From contig NC_043013.1 in the NCBI RefSeq assembly GCF_006345805.1, forward strand, positions 806,001 through 870,000: a DNA stretch of 64,000 nucleotides, in the 5' to 3' direction. The number at the start of each line of letters is the position of its first letter. Positions within the stretch are counted from its first letter, which is position 1. Position numbers and translations under genes: made by a program. Shown in pieces: positions 62,619 to 64,000 of the stretch. The notes beneath the pieces are model-generated. The model had not been told where the DNA came from and did no database searches. It worked only from the letters and a program-made list of their open reading frames with translations. Source of the stretch: Octopus sinensis. Taxonomy: Eukaryota.

Positions 62619-62890
62619 CAGCGGTTCCCAAAGTGGGCAGTATTGCCCTCCTGGCGGGAGGGGGCAGTGGATAGTTCCAAGGAGGCATTGAAGAAAAGTG
62701 GGGTGATAATGGGGTGGCAGTTCATGTAAAAACAATAAAATAAGGGGTTGATTAGGTTAAGTTTTATTTGTGAAATACAGTTTGCTTCAGAAAGCGGTTT
62801 ATGCTTGTGAGGGTTGGTTGGGGTGGGGGCGCTAGGAGTGTGTCCTGGGTGTCAAGGGGGTGGCCGCCCGAAGATGTTTGGGAACCACTG
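62619..62890. mobile_element. hAT (Charlie-like) MITE
   Basis: CAGCGGTTCCCAAA ... TTTGGGAACCACTG; right flank gtttagag resembles the Charlie NTCTAGAN target. Confidence 0.7.
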
Positions 62891-64000
62891 GTTTAGAGGA
62901 ACAGATATATTCATATATTGTCTACATCAGGCAGGAACAACTTTTTGAGAAGCAGGTTGCATGAGACATTGCTCATCAACAGGTGGGCGAGTAGAAAAAA
63001 ATCCAATTTTGTGTGTCAGGTGTGCTATTCAGTTTGCCTCTGATTAGTCTAAGTGTTCTGTTAAGGAAATATCAACATCAACCTCAAATGTCTTGTGTTC
63101 TTTCTACATTTCAAACGATGAGACAGTATTCATTTGTCACAGATTATCGTTAACATAATTATGGCTAAAACAAACTTCAACAAAGACAAAAACTGTCACT
63201 TAACAGGTTTCAGAAGTGACCCTGTTTATAGTCTACATCAGTTGCTAATGTTTCATGCTCTAATTCTTTATAGCAACAGCTTGCAACTATGACAGTGGTT
63301 GTATAACAGGTTCTATGATACTTTGTGAGGGGAGACAAAAAAAAAAAGGAAAAATAAAAAAAACTGGGAAAATTATATTAGTTACTTTGGTTGTTAACTA
63401 TTTTTCCTGTTAATAAAATGTCTGATGGGAAAATACCTAAAGAGAATGAATATTTTACGTAATAAACAGAAATATGATAGTCCTTATGTATGTAATAAGT
63501 TGAGTGAAATTGTTCAACTGAGATTTTTAGAAGGGTTTTTATTTTATCTACCAGTTGCTTGGCAATTGGTAGATAACCCCCCCCCTCTAAACACAACAAA
63601 CCTGCAAGACAACTCTAGTAAGACCAGTTGATCAAAAGTTGTGGACCAAAAAGAGATTAAGCAGATTGGAGTGGATCTGGTGCTTAAAGCCAACCAGTAA
63701 ACACTATTATTGGATTTAATCTGATGAGGAGATTTTTACTGATGTGTGTGTGTTTTCTTTTCTCTTTTTAATTTAGAGTTTATTGTGACCACCACACCTG
63801 CTTTGTATCAGGATTGTGAAAGAAAGCAGCTTGTTTTATTCATCATTTTTTGACCTGAAGAATGTCTTGCAGACTTTTATTGTCCCAGATATTGTGGATT
63901 CTGGTCATTTATAGCATATGAATTAAGGAGTTGCATTCTCTCCCCAAGACCCCAAGTTTAGCCGTACCTTGCTCAACATGGGTTCACATGTGTCCTGTTG

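Noticed and set aside
5934-63727. Other CTGANGA heptamers (e.g. near 5934, 12522 minus, 27382, 52140 minus, 63721)
   Set aside because: No stem II followed by GAAA and no stem I complement, so they are not hammerheads.

Overview
Eukaryotic, AT-rich, repeat-dense DNA. The SINE/LINE families look like those of an octopus (coleoid cephalopod); this is my inference. Two genes point away from each other. On the + strand are the first three coding exons of an extended synaptotagmin (31108-31464, 41786-41827, 44026-44163; all phase-0 GT-AG introns; exon 4 not found, probably beyond the window). On the - strand are putative phase-0 exons (12200-12214, 5261-5323, 465-551) of a gene with a charged N-terminus that runs off the left edge; it may be WDR60/DYNC2I1, suggested only by synteny. 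The rest is mobile DNA: tRNA-derived SINEs, CR1 and RTE LINE fragments, an RLE-type LINE remnant, Tc1, mariner and pogo/Tigger copies, MITEs, head-to-tail Helitrons, and micro/minisatellites. Most ORFs in the supplied track are artefacts of these repeats. The most notable signals are: (1) type I hammerhead ribozyme motifs in several unrelated small elements, including one fully canonical motif (13926-14007) in a (TA)n-flanked element whose interlocked inverted repeats suggest a circular or multimeric RNA template, and a degenerate motif carried by a tRNA-headed SINE; (2) a full-length 1.7-kb ORF1-only (HAL1-like) non-LTR retroposon with a 15-bp TSD, plus a diverged relative; (3) a 5S rRNA head fused to a SINE tail. 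All folds and alignments were done by eye and need computational confirmation.
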